Source of the DNA: an uncultured Alphaproteobacteria bacterium | GTDB taxonomy: Bacteria > Pseudomonadota > Alphaproteobacteria > Rhodobacterales > Rhodobacteraceae | NCBI GenBank assembly: GCA_902573735.1 | Contig: CACGLH010000006.1 | Coordinates: forward strand, 13,282-77,281 | Length of the DNA stretch: 64,000 nucleotides | Reading direction: 5' to 3' | Shown: piece by piece, positions 62,450 to 64,000 of the stretch | Position numbering within the stretch: position 1 is the first letter of the stretch | How the letters are laid out: the number at the start of each line of letters is the position of its first letter | Notes under the pieces: model-generated | What the model was told of the DNA's origin: nothing | What the model saw: only the letters and a program-made list of their open reading frames with translations | Databases searched by the model: none | Position numbers and translations under genes: made by a program

Positions 62450-62475
62450 TTCAAATCCCTGTCTTTCCGCCACTT
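62450..62475 (+). repeat. Right copy of 26-nt direct repeat
   Basis: TTCAAATCCCTGTCTTTCCGCCACTT. It sits 13 nt upstream of the MFS gene ATG. Confidence 0.6.
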
Positions 62476-62488
62476 TAATGAAAATTAT

Positions 62489-63682
62489 ATGATACTTTAT
62501 ATTTTTCCAATTGTTTGTGCTTCTATTATAGTAGCTGTAAGTTTTGGTAGTCGCCAAATACTTCCGTTGAGTATAGATGGCATTACTACAGATACGGCAT
62601 TAGATTACATAACTCTAAGCTTTGCCTTTGCAGTTGGACAAGTAATGTGGGGTTTTGCAAATTATGTAGGAGGAATGATTGCTGACAAGTTTGGGGACGA
62701 AAAAGCATTATTCCTAGGTATAGTATTGTCTGCTTTTGGCTGTTTTCTCATCCCATATTGTAATTCTACTTTAGAAATAGTAATTGCGGTAGGACTACTT
62801 TCAGCTGGAGGATCTGGAATTGCAGGATTAGCTGTTGCAATGTCTGCAGTTAATAAAAAAGTACCTGAAAAAAAAGCGGGTATTGCATTTGGAATATTGA
62901 ATGCTGGAGGATCAGTTGGACAAACACTTTTGGCTCCTCTAGCTGTAATAATAATTATAAATTATGGGTGGATATTTGCACTTAATTGTTTAGCAACATT
63001 ATTACTTTTGACTTTACCTTTCACTTATTTTTTAAAGAATGAAAAGCCAAAAATAAAACCAGTCAATAGTGATGATAAAGTAGACATTTTTGGAATGATT
63101 AAATTAGCCTTTCAAACTCCAAGCTATAACTTTCTAGCATTAGGATTTTTTACTTGTGGGTTTCATGTAGCCTTTATATCAACACATATGCCTGGTGTAA
63201 TTGCATATTGTGGACTTCCTACCTCTTTGACTGGGTGGTCTTTAGCCTTTATTGGTTTATTTAATATTTTGGGTAGTCTATTTGCTGGTTGGTATATTTC
63301 TTCGAGAAGTAAAAAGTTATTTTTATCATCAATTTATTTTTCTAGGGCTTTGATTATAATTCTTTTTTTGATTTCACCTAAAACTGAATTTGTATTTCTT
63401 ATTTTTTCTGCTCTTTTAGGGGTAACATATTTATCCACGGTTCCACCAACTGCAGCTTTAGTAACTAAAATGTTTGGGCCTAGTTGTATGGGTACTTTAT
63501 TTGGAATTGCTTTATTTTCTCATCAAATAGGCGCTTTTTTTGGCGCCTATTTAGGTGGTTATTTTTTTACTATTACAGGTGAATATACTTTTGTGTGGTT
63601 AATAGACATAATTTTAGCTATCTTTGCTGCTATAATACACTTGCCTATTAAGGAAAAATTAGTAACTGCTAGAACTATATGA
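62489..63682 (+). CDS. MFS transporter
   Basis: 397 aa, about 12 TM helices, with a GGMIADKFGDEK loop motif between TM2 and TM3. Confidence 0.8.
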   Translation: MILYIFPIVCASIIVAVSFGSRQILPLSIDGITTDTALDYITLSFAFAVGQVMWGFANYVGGMIADKFGDEKALFLGIVLSAFGCFLIPYCNSTLEIVIAVGLLSAGGSGIAGLAVAMSAVNKKVPEKKAGIAFGILNAGGSVGQTLLAPLAVIIIINYGWIFALNCLATLLLLTLPFTYFLKNEKPKIKPVNSDDKVDIFGMIKLAFQTPSYNFLALGFFTCGFHVAFISTHMPGVIAYCGLPTSLTGWSLAFIGLFNILGSLFAGWYISSRSKKLFLSSIYFSRALIIILFLISPKTEFVFLIFSALLGVTYLSTVPPTAALVTKMFGPSCMGTLFGIALFSHQIGAFFGAYLGGYFFTITGEYTFVWLIDIILAIFAAIIHLPIKEKLVTARTI

Positions 63683-63728
63683 TAACTTGTTATATTGACT
63701 TAATTTTTAAAAGTTATTTGAGGTAATT

Positions 63729-64000
63729 ATGCTCTCTAAAGAGTTACAATCAGCAAGTCAAATAGTAGCACTGGTGGGGCTTTTTTTCTCAATATTAATG
63801 TTTATACCTTGGTTAGCATCGTTTGCTGCTGGTTGGAAAGGTGGAGATCATTTTCTATGGTCTGGTCTCACCTCTGGTTTTGGATGTATTCTCGTTTTGT
63901 TAGCTACTAGAGGAGAAACACCAAAAATATCAGCAAGATTTGGAATATTAGTAGTTAATTTTCTTTGGTGGGTGGTTCCATTGATATGTGCTATACCTTT
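63729..64000 (+). CDS. trkH: Potassium uptake protein TrkH-like, N-terminal part (3' end outside window)
   Basis: ATG at 63729 and open to the window end. Hydrophobic N-terminus with FGILVVNFLWWVVPLICAIP resembles the first TrkH repeat. Not in the supplied ORF track. Confidence 0.5.
   Translation, partial: MLSKELQSASQIVALVGLFFSILMFIPWLASFAAGWKGGDHFLWSGLTSGFGCILVLLATRGETPKISARFGILVVNFLWWVVPLICAIP

Larger units (their letters stand above)
59191..62475. mobile_element. Putative relic genomic islet integrated at tRNA-Ser (no integrase present)
   Basis: Bounded by a direct repeat of the tRNA 3' end. The cargo gene is GC-richer, followed by about 680 bp of non-coding debris with a tRNA-like fragment and a truncated ORF. 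Confidence 0.45.

Overview
A gene-dense 64-kb chromosomal segment, about 90% coding and roughly 30% G+C by eye. Gene content and order (argS-SPOR-scpAB, rpmF-plsX-ihfA-MerR-tRNA-Pro, hflKC-DUF2065-degP, ccmABCDG, split glyQ/glyS) point to a streamlined marine alphaproteobacterium, possibly Pelagibacterales-like. Lineage is inferred, not proven. Most of the window is housekeeping: tRNA synthetases, pyrimidine, purine and folate synthesis, serine metabolism, cytochrome c maturation, and membrane quality control. I see two accessory patches. The first (45.5-55.8 kb) holds a Cys-rich DUF2182-like/DUF1326-like pair, an orphan crotonyl-CoA carboxylase/reductase homolog with a class-V PLP enzyme, and a fatty-acid modification cluster (FAD oxidoreductase, DUF1365, CFA-synthase-like methylase, MFS, SDR, secreted protein). 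The second (59.2-62.5 kb) is a GC-richer 3.3-kb islet inserted at the 3' end of tRNA-Ser(GGA). It is bounded by a 26-nt imperfect direct repeat. It carries a cadherin-like/RTX surface-protein gene interrupted by one in-frame TAA, with a near-perfect 276-bp tandem duplication, plus non-coding debris (a tRNA-like 3' fragment and a truncated ORF). I found no rRNA, CRISPR array, transposase or integrase. All family assignments come from motif recognition by eye, not from database searches.
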